Shown here in pieces: positions 52,200-64,000 of a stretch of DNA of 64,000 bases (position 1 is the first letter of the stretch; the number at the start of each line of letters is the position of its first letter). This stretch comes from Camelus dromedarius (Eukaryota). Below the pieces are notes generated by a model. That model made no database searches and had not been told where the DNA came from. It was given only the letters and a program-made list of their open reading frames with translations. A program made the translations under genes and the position numbers. Location of the stretch: the NCBI RefSeq assembly GCF_036321535.1, contig NC_087436.1:115446001-115510000 (forward strand). Direction: 5' to 3'.

Positions 52200-53926
52200 C
52201 AGTTTTTCCAAGTACAATTAAGTCCCCAGACCAGTACTTGATGCAGAGCAGAGCTGCCATACCGGTACCGATCAAGGAGCTCATTGTCAATATTTGAGAG
52301 ACTGCAAAGGTAGAAAAAATATTGCTTCTGTCTCGCCAGGACACCAACTAGTCTGTGCCAAGCATCCGGGAGCTAAAAGCTGTGAACTTAAACTCTGCCG
52401 AGGAAAATCTCCCATTGAGAGGAGTGTTAGTGACAGCCTATGGCTACTCTGAGAGTAACACCAGGGAGTCCCCGTCTCCACGCAGAGGTGGCTTCCCCAG
52501 CCACCACATTGTCTCACCTTCCCTTCACTTTTAAAGCTTCCCAAGCTCATTCCCCTTTGAGCCCTGGACTTCCGGTGCACTGGCTTCGTGGCTGAGTGTG
52601 GGCTTCCTAACGGCTCAACCTCCATCTCAAAGCGGCCACTTTTAGCCTCATCCCACGGTGCCTCCTCGCCCAGTCTTTGCCATGGAATCTCTCCAGAGTA
52701 TGAGAAACTGTCTGCTAGGGACAATTTTGTCCTTGTCACCATATTGGTTATTCTTGAAGGATCACTCCCTGCAGGAGCCAAAACAAAAGCTCCTGGAGAT
52801 GGTTATGAAGCGGGCACCCTTAGGCACTGAGCGAGCATATTAGTTTCAGTCACTTTCTCGCCTGCCGGGTGAGGGGCCACACCTCTGCTGTGAACGCCTC
52901 AAGGCCCTGTGTCCCTTCCGTGCTCGAGCATTTCAGGCCAAGTAACATTTCTGCTACAGCTTTTGCAGCAGAAGAAGATAGGACCTTCTTGTCCTATTTC
53001 CGTCTGAGTTTCTCTTCCACATTCTCTTCTAAGGAAGACTCAGTGGTTTAGTGCACTTTATATTTTCTGTCGGCTCCTTCCCTTCTCTGTTGTGCTAATG
53101 TGCTTTACTGGATCCGACCACCATCTTTCCTTCCGTATCTCCTTCTTTTGAGGTCTAGGTATCTGTCTTCGTAGCATCCTCTGTAGGTTGTCGGCATTAG
53201 GAGAGGTGTGAAGCCGATGACTTGTGGGTCTGACTAACATCTTCCATCATCCGAAACAATCCCGTCCTCTTTCTCCTTCCTGAGTAGGGTAACCTCACCC
53301 TGGTGGCATTTTCTTCTCAAACCAGTGTTGGAAACAGCCCTGTTCTTGATTCATTCTTGCTCTGCTCGGTTCCCTTGGAAAGGCGCGTGAGCCCTGCGCC
53401 TTCCTCGTGGCCTCCATCCCCTTTGCCACCCGCTGAGGGCAGTGGGATAACTGCGCTCCTGACAACCGCCGCCAAGCTGCTTCTAACGTCTCTACGTGGC
53501 TTTGGGCAGCCAGTGATCCTTCCTGATCTTTCCTTCTCAAATCGGTACCAGCTGTCTGTCATCACTTCACATGGCTGTTCTGATCTATTATGGACAGTTT
53601 CCCTTTCATTGTGACACAGCTCTTAAATGCTTTAGATGTGCCCTGTGTCTGGCTTCCCTCTGGGGGTCGGTGCACTCTGCTCTCTGGAGTAAAGCCTTCT
53701 TGTTATGTATGACCGGGGGGTAGAGACATCCTCTCTGATCTAGTATCAACAAAGATGCCCACGTCTTTCCTAACCTCCCTACTAGGGCATCAACCCAAGT
53801 GAACCCTCTTCCCCTTTTCCTATTTGTCCAGTCTGGACTCTAATTCATACCCTGCCTGACGGAACTGCCCCTCTGCCTACCCAAGCACATTGCCTTCAAT
53901 AAAGTGTCTGTCATTCGCCACTGCTC
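52200..53926 (-). pseudogene. ~1.7 kb decayed large exon (low-complexity, charged/Ser-rich protein)
   Basis: Acceptor tgtcttttctcccaatag|. The segment is free of recognisable repeats and purine-rich on the minus strand. One frame from ~53045 to 52287 has only two internal stops (TESSLEENVEEKLRRK*DKKVLSSSAAKAVAEMLLGLK...PAS*PSPGAFVLAPAGSDPSRITNMV...). The 3' end is approximate. Confidence 0.6.
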
Positions 53927-54991
53927 CTATTGGGAGAAAAGACAGAAACATAATTTTTAAATCAATTTATTTCCAAGAAAGTTCAATTTCTAGAGATGGA
54001 GCAGATGTTACAGGCACAGGCCTTTTCGTTTTGTTTTTTTTAACTCTTGAGTTGCTATTTGTTTCATGGAGTTCCTCTCCACCTTTACCTATATAGTGAA
54101 GAACTGTTCCCTTTTTATTTATTCATCAGTGAAATCTACCAGCCTTTCATTCATGAGGCTGCTTCTTTACAACCTAAAGTCGTTATTCAGCGCATGTGCC
54201 CTGGCTTTCTATGAATTCAAAGGCTGGACTTGATGCTCTTGAGCGGACGTTGAACCTAACTGCAATGGTGATGTTAAGTCACTGCCTTAGGCTCTTGCAA
54301 GAAAAACAAACAAACAAAAAAACAAGCAAACAAGAAAATTCGGGCTGAAAGCAAAAATCATCTCATCTACTGATGCTTAAAACATTCACTGAGGAATCTT
54401 GACTGGGCCCCAATCTTTTCCCTCTTACCTGCTTCCCAACACAGCCACACTATGTAAGTCAGGTCAATTTTAGCTACCAATGCCCCAGGGATGTGCTTAT
54501 TAAGAGCCAAGGGGGCATCACCCAGGACCTCACCTCTTTAAAAATAGCTTCACGTCTGCCAGCAACAGAAACTAGGGGTAGCTGTGATCCACACCCAGAA
54601 AGGCTTCAGGGATCTGAGCTTACTAAATCTTAGATTTATTCAAAAGCATCTCCTTCTGGCTGAGCCAAAAAACCTCAAGCTGTCTGAATTTTATGTGCTT
54701 AACTGTTGTCTTTAATTTCTAAGATTCGGAGTCCTTGCACCCATTTATAATATCATCCTGTGTTCTTCTGCTAAATTTAGGACCCATTTATGAGGAATCA
54801 GAAAAAAGAGGTAAAAATATCATCTTTATTATTACCAAACTGATGGGGACATGGTCTTAGATCTGCTGCCAAAGGACTTTCAATACACCCTCTGTCTGTG
54901 ACTCAAATTTACCCACCCAGTCCCTGGGAGTGCTGGAAAAACCAGAACCCACGTGCTTGAAAACCTGCCTTTAAAAAGGAGGGGAAAGTGG

Positions 54992-55408
54992 TGTGATGGG
55001 TAATTCTACATGTCTACTTGACTGGGTCCTGGTGCCCAGACATTTGGTCAAACATTATTCTGATGTTTCTATGAGAGTGTTTTTGGATGAGACTTATAAC
55101 AAAATTAGTGAATTTTGGGTAAAACAGATTGCTCCCCTAGCGCGGATGGACCTCATCCAATCAGTTGAAGATTTTAGGAGATCAAAAAGGTTGACCTTCT
55201 CTAAGCAAACAGGAAGCATTCTGCCAGCAGACTGCCTTTGAAGTTGAACTGCAATTCCTTCCTGAGTCTGCAGCCTGCTAGCCTCCCCTGTCAGATTTTG
55301 GACCCACCAAGCCTCCACACCACATGAGCCAGTTCCTTAAAACAAATGTCTTCTTTCCATAGACACATCCTACGGGTTCTCTTTCTCTGGAGACTGCTGA
55401 CTAATAAA
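54992..55408 (+). mobile_element. MLT2 (ERVL) LTR
   Basis: tgtgatgggtaattctacatgtctacttgactggg...tggtcaaacattattctgatgtttct...ttctctttctctggagactgctgactaata. Confidence 0.88.
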
Positions 55409-56309
55409 CTAGAAGGAAATGTTACTGTACATTCTCTGTTCTTTTTTCAAACTTATCATCTCTCCAGCTTGATGAATCTTTCCACCTCCCTCTCCAACCA
55501 TAGAATAAAGCAGGGGAATAGACCAGTGATGGTTTTCCCCTGTTTTTGTCCTGGGTTAGGGGGACATGGAAGCATGAGAAGACGGGAAGGTCCTCTCCCC
55601 ACCTCCGAGAGTGACATCGGTCTAGTTAATCTTTCCTACACTCAGTAGCCTCATATTTACTTTTGCCAGGGTTGGCCTTCATATACGTTTATCTGCTTCC
55701 AGACTCAACAGAGAACTTTCAGTCTTTCCCTTCTGCTAAAATTAATTCACTTTGCATCTGAGTCATAGCCCAGGCACCAGGTGTGAGGCAGCAAATACAG
55801 GCTTTGATTCAGACAAACCTGATTTCAAAGCCCAGGTGCTCCCACTTATATGTTCTCCGGCATTTAGGTGTGGAGTCTCTCTGACTTGCATACTTCCTGC
55901 ATTTCCTCTGTGAGTCAGAACCTTTCTGCTGTACTTCCTTTCTCTGCTGTAGATTTGAAATAATAGCAATCTACCTAACAGAGTTTTCAGGAGGATTAAA
56001 TTGGGTAACACTGTCTTGCAGTGTCTAGAGCACAATTATCGTCATCACTGCATTTCGAGGTTATAAACACACTTTTTAAAATTGAAGTATAGTTGGTTTA
56101 CAGTGTTGTGTCCGTTTCTGGTGTGCAGCGTGATGTTTCAGTCACACACGCACACGCTTGTGTTCACCATGGGCTGCTTTCACTACAGGTCACTATGGAC
56201 GGTGATTACAGCCCCCTCTGTGAACGTGCTTTTATGAGGAGGGGACTGAGGAGCCCGCAGACTCTGCTTGGTCAGCATGGCACTGCTCTTTCAATAGCTT
56301 CTGCGGAAA

Positions 56310-56718
56310 ACACCGGCGAAGATGCTTCGTTCGATCAAATTTTAGCCAAGCTCCTGCACCTTCTCCTAGGCCCCCCCGGGCAAGTTCTTGTAGAATGCAG
56401 TTTGGGCAAGAACGCTACATCGGTTCAGCAGGAATCCCCCCCTCTTGGTGCCTGCTCACCCTGGCCTGCCTTCAGCAGGACTCCCGGTAAGTCGGTTTAG
56501 CCAGAATCGCCCCAGACTTGCGTCTCCTAATAGTAAGTTTCCATTCATTGGCCCCTCCCTGCTACTTGGCTACAAATTCTCGCTGTCTCTGTTCTCCCTG
56601 AAATGGAGCTCAGTTCTATGCTGTGGGTGGGGGGCACTCTTTGTCCCGTTGCAACAGCCCTAAATAAAACTTGCCTCACTCCTTTAGCTTCCTTAACTGG
56701 ATCGGGTTTACTTTGACA
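56310..56718 (+). mobile_element. ERV1 solo LTR (MER34/MER39-like)
   Basis: gatcaaattttagccaagctcctg..., ggtttagccagaatc.ccc, ttggctacaaattc, aataaaa signal, ends ...tttgaca. Confidence 0.65.
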
Positions 56719-56852
56719 ACACTCCCAAAGGAAGAAGAGGAAAACAAAAGCAAACTGTATTTCTATTCAGCAGACCTTTCGCCTCAAGGGGTCCAGAGGG
56801 GAGTTCTCTGATGAACTGGGCTGGAGGGCGGGCCTTAAGTTGCAAACCTCCC

Positions 56853-56903
<51 letters not shown>

Positions 56904-57831
56904 CTCTCTCTTCTTAAGCACAAAGGGCAACATTAGCCTAACTAGTGGCAAAGCAGTGGGATGGACGATATGGCGGCACCAGAGCGCAGCTAGAAGAAAG
57001 TGAGAGAGAGCAGGGCGGCCCGCATAGGTGCGCTGCGGCCTGGCTCGCAGGAGCCCCGGTCTTACTAGGTCCAGGGTGTCTTGCGGACACAGAGGGAGAA
57101 AACCATCATAGGCTCAGGGGGTGTGTATGAGTGTTTAATAGCAACACTCGCTAGAAAACATGTCCCAGGCAGAGGGTTCTGACCCATCCACACGAAAGCT
57201 CCTGAATTACTGGCAGGAAGAAGGTGATGTAGCGTCTGCTAGGAAGGACAAACATGAAAATCTTATGTATCTTGTTGATCTTCTCTTTGAAGCATTCACC
57301 TGTAAGAGGTGCACTGACACAGTTTGCTTTCCATTCCTGAAAAGACTATATGCTTATCTAGGTTCCCCTTAGCCTAGGAGTTTACTCAGCAAGCACATCT
57401 GTGATCTCACCGATGTAGAGACTAGATACTGTATTACGCTGTTTATGAACAGCTAGTTTACGTGACAACGTGAGGATGCCGGTTCAGGAAACTGTAAAAT
57501 CCAGGGATTATGTGGCTTCAGGCACAAGTGGATCCAGGTGTTTGTGATGCAGTCATGTTCCCGTCCTTTACCATACCTCTCACCTCTACTTCCCTCCGAG
57601 CCACATTCCTTTCATATCCCAGCCACATGTCAGTGACGCAGTCCGCAGGTCCAACTGTACGTGGTACTTTTCATTCCTGATTTAAAAAGAGTGAACCATT
57701 ATCTTTCAACATCTACACTACTTCCTCAAGTCTCATGTACCCTGTCTAACGCATATGTTTCATCAAATGTTAGGTTCGGAGAGATGGGGTCCTCTTATTG
57801 GACAGGGAAGTGAATGATCACCGTGTCTTAC

Positions 57832-59189
57832 AGATACCCCTTTTCTTGGAGGGTTCAAGATATTACCCTGGAATGCCCTTGTCCAGCTTCCCTTGCATCC
57901 AAGGATGAGGTATGTGTGCACATTCAACCTATCAGGTTCATCCATGTGACATTAATTCAGAATACAGCAATAGGGGTGGGGGCCGCAGGTGCCATTCAGA
58001 ATGCAGCCATCATGGACAGCTGTTGGCATGACAGGATTCAGAGTCATTTAGTCAGTGTCTTCAGACTTCATCTCTGATCATTCTTCCATATAAATGAATG
58101 ACTCTGTGGCACCTAATAATAAGAAATTCATCTTCTTACTACATTAGAAAGAGTGCATGCAGATGTTTGAACTAATTGCCCTGACTGTTACAGCTAACCT
58201 GGATCAGTGGCCACTCTGGGATCATATCCATAGCATGTTGATATGGATTGGGAAAAAGTTCAGTTCTCCAGTGAAAGCAAGACGGGATGGTCAAAAAGTC
58301 TCAGATCTCCACGCACATGTGTCACAATGTACCGGAAGCACTCAGTTACAAAGTGATGCACTGATTTGTTAACTAGTGAGAAACTCTGGACATCCTCTGG
58401 AGTAAGCAGCATTTCCTTACTTTCATCTGCTTGGCTGGCCCTCCGCTGGCCCCCCAGGTGCAGCTGACCAGTGCGAACACTGCCGGGGCAGGTGCCTGAA
58501 CCCGCCATGGTGACCAGGACCACACTCCTTTAATTCCTTCTCCCCTCTCCAACCACCGACGCCAGCTCTTGAATACTAATTCCTTTTATTGATATTCAAT
58601 TGTTTTCCTTGATTCTCTTCCACTTTTAGGGTAACCTGCTTCCTTTCTTGGCTTTTTGGAATCCTTCCAACTTTGTAGTTCTGCCTGTTTCCATGATTTG
58701 TGCATTTCCCACAGAGCTTCAGTAAGTGTTCTATCATTTTGGTCTCATTTGACATTTTTGGCTCTGCCGATTCCTGCTGTCCACCCCGTAAGGGAAAGGT
58801 GACTCGGACACCTGCAGTGGCATGCTGGTGGTGTCCTTACCACCGCTGAAGTCACTGCCATATCTTCTACCATGAGGGGGGATCCAGGCCCATCCCCTCC
58901 CATTCTCTGGGGCACACCACTGAGCAGTGTGTGTCTGCTGTTCATGCTTATGGAAGACCCACTGAAGGAGAATATCCAGCTGGCATCTGAATACAATCGG
59001 CCTTTGAGTTATTGCTGAAGCCTCATTTTTCTCACATCAATTTTCTGTGAAATTTTGTGCAGCTTTGTGCCAGTTCTCACCTCAGCTTCCATACGCCCAG
59101 TTAACGGTGTTGCGGCCTCCCCTGGAGGGATCGCTGGTCCTAGGTGCTCTCGTGTGGCTGATGTTGCAAAGCAGCTGGAAGATGCTGGG
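57832..59189 (-). pseudogene. ~1.36 kb decayed large exon
   Basis: Phase-2 acceptor joins the previous exon in frame (AG|C = Ser). ORFs 59009-59287 and 58745-58996 are the same frame separated by one TAA. Later reads KEMLLTPEDVQSFSLVNKSVHHFVTECFRYIVTHVRGDLRLFDHPVLLSLEN(fs)LFPNPYQHAMDMIPEWPLIQVS. Donor TCT|GTAAGA. Confidence 0.65.
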
Positions 59190-59454
59190 CTTTGCATAGG
59201 CAATAGAAACCATAGACACATGGAATAAAATCGGTGGATTTTATTGTATTTTATAGCAAAGTGAAAGTAACTGTGAAGTGGCGTCACTCTTTAGAATAGG
59301 CTGATGGGATGCATTGTGGCAAAGGAAGGTGGCCGTGAAGAGACTCAGGTTCTGGTCCAGCCTGCCTCTAAGACTGTCACGTTGAGCAGGCCCTGCCACC
59401 CATCCATCAGGGGCCCAGGCTCAGGATTGGCTAAATGAGGGGTGTGGACTAGCT

Positions 59455-59662
59455 CAGGTGTCCACAAACATTTTGATGCAAATATTTTAGGCTTTGTGGG
59501 CCATACATTCTCTGCTGCAACTACTCAGTTCACCGTTTCAGGTGAAAACACTCACAGACAATATTTAACGGAATGCACGTGGCTGTGTTCCAGTAAAACC
59601 TTATTTACAAAAACAAGAGGTGGGCCACTTTCATTCATGGGACATAGTTCGCTGACCCCTTG
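59455..59662 (+). mobile_element. MER58A-like hAT-Charlie element
   Basis: aatattttaggctttgtgggccata...ggctgtgttccagtaaaaccttatttacaaaaaca...catagttcgctgacccct. Confidence 0.85.
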
Positions 59663-59897
59663 ACTAAAGGATCACTAAACATCCTGTACCTTTGCCCTAA
59701 TATTACCTGATCCCAAACATATGCAATATATCTGGTAGAGCGCAATTCCCAACCTAACTTAAAGGTTGGATTATAGTAAGGCTATTTTATTTATATTAAA
59801 GTTGTCTTTTGGGCTGTGTTCTATAATCCCTAGACCCTCATCCTAATTTCTCAGTACCGCTGCCCCTTCCTTTTGCACAGGCACACACACATGAGTG

Positions 59898-59930
<33 letters not shown>

Positions 59931-60726
59931 TTACCCCCTACCGAAGTTCAAAATGACCTGCTCTCAAACTGTTGCCTCCTGAGAGTCAGTGTTCCTAATG
60001 TGCTCACACTTACAGGCAATTTTGATAGCTTCTGAAGTATAACTCGTGCCCCCAACAAGCTGACCTAGTAACAATCTTGTTATTTCATCAATTCAATCAA
60101 TATTTATTAAGCACTTATACACCTGGCATTGTGCTTAGAGGTGGGGATAAAATGGTGAGCAAACCAGATACAGTCCGTATCTTCACGGTCTAAACGGTCC
60201 AGTGTAACTGATTTGACACTTCAGTATCACACCTGCTCAATAAGGGTTACTAAGGTAGTATTACAAATACAGAAGCATGACCCCAAGGGACCTGTGTTCT
60301 TTCCTTAGTTTACTACATGGATGATTTTGGTCCAATTCTTTAAATTCTCTGAGCTTTCTATTTCTCAATTGTATTTTATAGTTTTATATGCAGTATAGCT
60401 ACAGCCAGTATAGATGTAACTGCCTTAAAGGGCATTTGCAGAGCATAAAAGGATTTGTTCATGGAAAATGTTATCCATAAACTATTATAAGTTTTATATA
60501 GGTGTCATGCTGTTGGATGAAGGCTTTTTTTAACCTAAGTAGTGAGTGCTTATTTATTTTTTAACTTCTTATTTTAGTAAAAGGTGAGATTGAATTTCTT
60601 TACAAGCACATTCCCTTTTATATTAAAATTGGCATGTTGGTTGAGAATCATCCTCATCGTGTTCATGATAGTAAAATAAATTTTCCTTGAGGTTCCCATT
60701 TGTCCTGCAGTTTCTATCACACTCAC

Positions 60727-60834
60727 CTCTCCTCCTTGACACCTTTCCACCAGAAGAAGTTAAATTATAAACCAACACTGGTAAATGCCAACATGTGTAA
60801 CTTTAAGAATACAACATCAAGCCAATTAATTTGG
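60727..60834 (-). pseudogene. 108-nt phase 2-2 decayed exon
   Basis: ctttttttattatttag| ... GAGAG|GTGAGT. Reads QINWLDVVFLKLHMLAFTSVGL*FNFFWWKGVKEE. Confidence 0.65.
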
Positions 60835-63162
60835 CTAAATAATAAAAAAAAGCATTGTATTAAAAATTATTGACCCATCCATGTTCCTGGGTTCCTAATA
60901 TATATGATAACATTTTTTATTGCACAGGTACCCTGTTTGATACTTTCTCCATTTTAAAACAGTTAACACAGTTAACAAACAGATGGACCAGGGTGTGATC
61001 CCATGTCAGTGTGACTTTAAAACACCTGCTTTTTCCTCAAATTATACAGTGTTCTTTCTTTCTGTCTTCTCTCTTTCAGTTTGGGTCTAAATTTAGTTTT
61101 CAGATAGTCTAGAACCATCTTGGAGAGCCACTGAAAACAAAAAGTCAACAAACAAAATAACTTTCCCCAGTAAGAACTCATCCTGACGGACCAGATGCTG
61201 AACATAGTTCAAACGCAATGAGGGAGAATCAGAGGGGTGGGGTGACCCTGAGCGTGTTCTACGCACATTGTCCTCTGGCCCATTCCCTTCCTCTGCTCCT
61301 GCATCTCATCTTGGTGGTGGGAGTTGAAATGCGATAGAAGATAAAGCAATCCTAGAAGAGCAAAGACGTGGGGAGCCTAATGCATCAACAAGACAGGTGG
61401 TCAGCCTTCCAGATCAGCAGGGCACTTGGACTGTGTTCTGTCTAAAGCATGTTGGAGTTATGTTATCCTAAATCCAGATAGCAGCATCCTTGACATCTTC
61501 CTCTAGAGCAGCATTCACACTCATAAGCAGTGTGGTGACCCTGTGGACAACAGCTATAGACACTAATTCAAATTTCCATTTCCTTAGAAAGTGAGTAAAT
61601 TAGTTAGCCAAGATAAAAAAAGGAGATTCAGAACTATCCAATGGAAATTTACTAAGGACCCAGACTTCCAAGGGACACTTGGTGGCAGAATTTTATGTAA
61701 ACACACATACACATGCATACATGTACACATATGTATATATACATGGATATGTACACACATTATAGATACCACTTTTTTTTTTACAGTCATCAGTTCTAGA
61801 TTCCATCTTTATTCACCATTTCAATTCATAAGACAGTCATTGTCATACAAAAAATAGTAGCAAGTATATAGGAATTTCTTCTTATTTTATATCCATCATC
61901 ATGTTCCGTATAAAATTATCTAAAAATATATAGTTTAAAAATTACAAATTACCCTGGTCTACCTTATTTCCATTCCCAACCTCCCCACAGTTTGCAGTAT
62001 ATCCATCCAGTCCTTTTGAAAGTCAAATGCGTGAAGTTCCTGCTTCCCTGCTCGAGGGATGAGCTGGACTGACTACCAGGAAGGGAAAACAAAATCCTCA
62101 TTTACCTTCTTTCTTAAACCTGGAGCCAACCCTGGACACCCAGCTTCACATCGTCCTCTCAGAAAACCCCTCTGATATCCTGATCTCCCTCGAACCAAAG
62201 GTGCTTTTTCTTCAGTTGAAACAAAAAGAGGAAGAATATAAAGAACCACTTAGGGGTAACTTTGTCCCTTGCCTGCCCATGGAAACTTACACCCCAGGCC
62301 ATTTCTCTACCAAACTTCCTGCTTTGAGCTCTACTCTCTCCAGGAGAGGCGCTGAGGTCGGGTCTTTGGAAGAGCAACAAAGTTACGAAACCCACATCCT
62401 GTGTCTTCTGAAGCAAGAGGTTGGCGGTGCTGCCTACACTTTCCAACCCTCAGTTTCTCTCCTGGGAAATGGGGGAAATAAACACTACTCTGGTCAGCTT
62501 CCTGAGGACAGAGCTTTGTGCTGTTTATCGCCGGAGTGGTGCCAGGCAAGGGAAGAAAACCATTTAATAAAAGAAAGAAGGTAGGAGTGAGCGGGCAGGA
62601 GAGGGGGAAGGTGAAACAGAGACAAGAAGTATTTCTGTAAATTGGCTGTCGCAGAAAGCCCTTTAATGAATGCTGCTTCCTAGTCTCTTTCTCTTTTCTT
62701 CCCACCCCAGTGGGGCTGTGACCAGAGCTTGCTTCCAACTCACTTCTCCTAAATGCATGTATTTCATTGTTTTGTATTTTTGCATCACTCAAGCTTTGCC
62801 CGTCTTTGGTCTCAGATGCCTAGCAGTAATGTTGATGGAATAAGGAGATGGGATCTGGACCAGCACTGGACATTTGAGTTTGCCACCCCTCTTTATATCT
62901 CACAGGGGATTGTGACTCATCACACTGTGGTTATGACCCATCACATCCATCCTTATGCTGAGTTTCTCAATTATTAAAATAAACTAAAAAAAAAAATCTA
63001 TCTTAAATCCCTTGATTCCTCTCTCTCCTTTTTTCTTCCTTCCTTCCTACTTTCCTTCATCTTGTCTTCTATTTTTTTTTCCTTTCTCTAAAAGAAAATG
63101 CATTTTTGGACTTTCCTTCTTCACTGTCTAATTGTCTTGTGATTTTGTTTATGAAACACATT

Positions 63163-63497
63163 ATGTCATGGGTTGAATTTTGTACTCAAACAAAAATTTA
63201 TATGTCGAAGGGCCAGCCCTCAGGACCTCAGAATGCGGCCTTATTTGGAAACAGGGTGATTGCAAATGTAATTAGATAAGATGAGGTCATACTGGAACAG
63301 GGTGGGCCTTTTATCTAATGTGACTGGTATCCTTAGCAAAAGGGGAAATTTGTACACATGTGCGCGTGCACACACACACACATGCAGGAAACAAGAGAAT
63401 GCATCAAGCTAAAGAACCCCAAAGGTTGCTGCTAACAAACCAGCAGAAAATAGGACAGAGGCCTGGATCAGATCCTTCTCTGTCACCTTCAGAGACA
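63163..63497 (+). mobile_element. MLT1B/C-like LTR, interrupted by an ERV1 LTR
   Basis: tgtcatgggttgaattttgt...ggacctcagaatgcggccttatttggaaacaggg...gatgaggtcatactgga. Confidence 0.85.
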
Positions 63498-64000
63498 GTA
63501 TAATAGAAAAGAACAAATCTGACTCCATATTATATCTGTTCCTTTGGCTCTAACCCTGTGTTCTGTTTCCTGGGCTTAATCATGCTGGTTCTGAACCTTT
63601 TGTAAAAGAATGTTGCCTAGAGCCTGAACTATACAGGAGAGCCCATTCTCAAGGCTCTGACTTCTAAGCGTATTAACACTTTTCCATTCATAGAAAGCTG
63701 CAGGTTAGAAAATCACATTTGTTTCATTGGAGGTTTACAGGGACACCACGACCTGACCTATGTGGACAGCTGCAAGAACAATGGATTCCAACACCAAGCA
63801 GTTTGCAACAACCGATCACGCCCCCTTCCCTTTTTAGCATAAAAGGAGCCTGAATTCTGACTTTGGAGAAGACGGTTCTCCAGGACATTAGTCCCCCATC
63901 TTCTTGATCTGCTGGCTTTCTGAGTAAAGTCGGTATTCCTTGTCCCAACATCTTGGCTCCCAATGTATTGGCCTGTCATGCAGTGAGCAGAACGAATCTG
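63498..64000 (+). mobile_element. ERV1-class LTR (runs off the window)
   Basis: aatctgactccatatt start; TATA-like gcataaaagg; U5-like gagtaaagtcggtattccttgtcccaaca...ttggcctgtcatgcagtgagcagaacga. Confidence 0.7.

Larger units (their letters stand above)
32400..62209 (-). pseudogene. Second run of decayed coding exons, protein unidentified (separate gene or N-terminal extension of the PDZ gene)
   Basis: Exon-like segments at 62106-62209, 61026-61130, 60727-60834, 57832-59189, ~52200-53926, 51491-51638, ~50679-51181, ~48760-49091, ~46445-46590, 45005-45164, 41626-41900, 39306-39421, ~35006-35135, ~33750-33812 and ~32400-33024. Phase-compatible junctions include 62106/61130, 60727/59189, 51491/51181 and 45005/41900. 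Frames are long with sparse stops. Confidence 0.62.

Noticed and set aside
52287..52781. 164-aa ORF as a stand-alone intact gene
   Set aside because: Starts at TTG and continues upstream in the same frame through stops; better explained as part of a decayed large exon.
62201..62584. 127-aa plus-strand ORF
   Set aside because: Non-ATG start, no recognisable domain or splice context; it overlaps the acceptor region of a minus-strand exon.
1..64000. CRISPR arrays, operons, tRNA/rRNA genes or a CpG-island promoter
   Set aside because: Mammalian CpG-depleted DNA; no repeat-spacer array, structured RNA gene or clear CpG island was seen.

Overview
Eutherian genomic DNA, probably camelid. There are no Alu, Bov-tA/BovB, PRE1 or CAN SINEs, and the young L1 3' ends carry the motif GCATGACTGGGACATTGTGCTGTA.ACCAGAAATTG. 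There is no intact protein-coding gene. The window is rich in old interspersed repeats (MIR, L2, MLT1/MLT2, LTR16, MER58A, ERV1 LTRs) and contains a ~10.2 kb L1MB-type element with a nested full-length Tigger2. Between the repeats, the minus strand carries a long chain of decayed exons with recognisable splice sites and several phase-compatible junctions. From ~28.05 kb to the left edge these exons read as an L27-like segment followed by several PDZ-domain fragments, i.e. an unprocessed (probably unitary) pseudogene of a PATJ/MPDZ-like multi-PDZ scaffold. The big L1 appears to have inserted inside its first PDZ exon. From ~62.2 kb to ~32.4 kb a second, better preserved run of decayed exons (including ~1.4 and ~1.7 kb exons) encodes a protein I cannot identify; it is either a separate dead gene or a long N-terminal extension of the PDZ gene. 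All domain and repeat-family calls were made by eye and need HMM/RepeatMasker confirmation.
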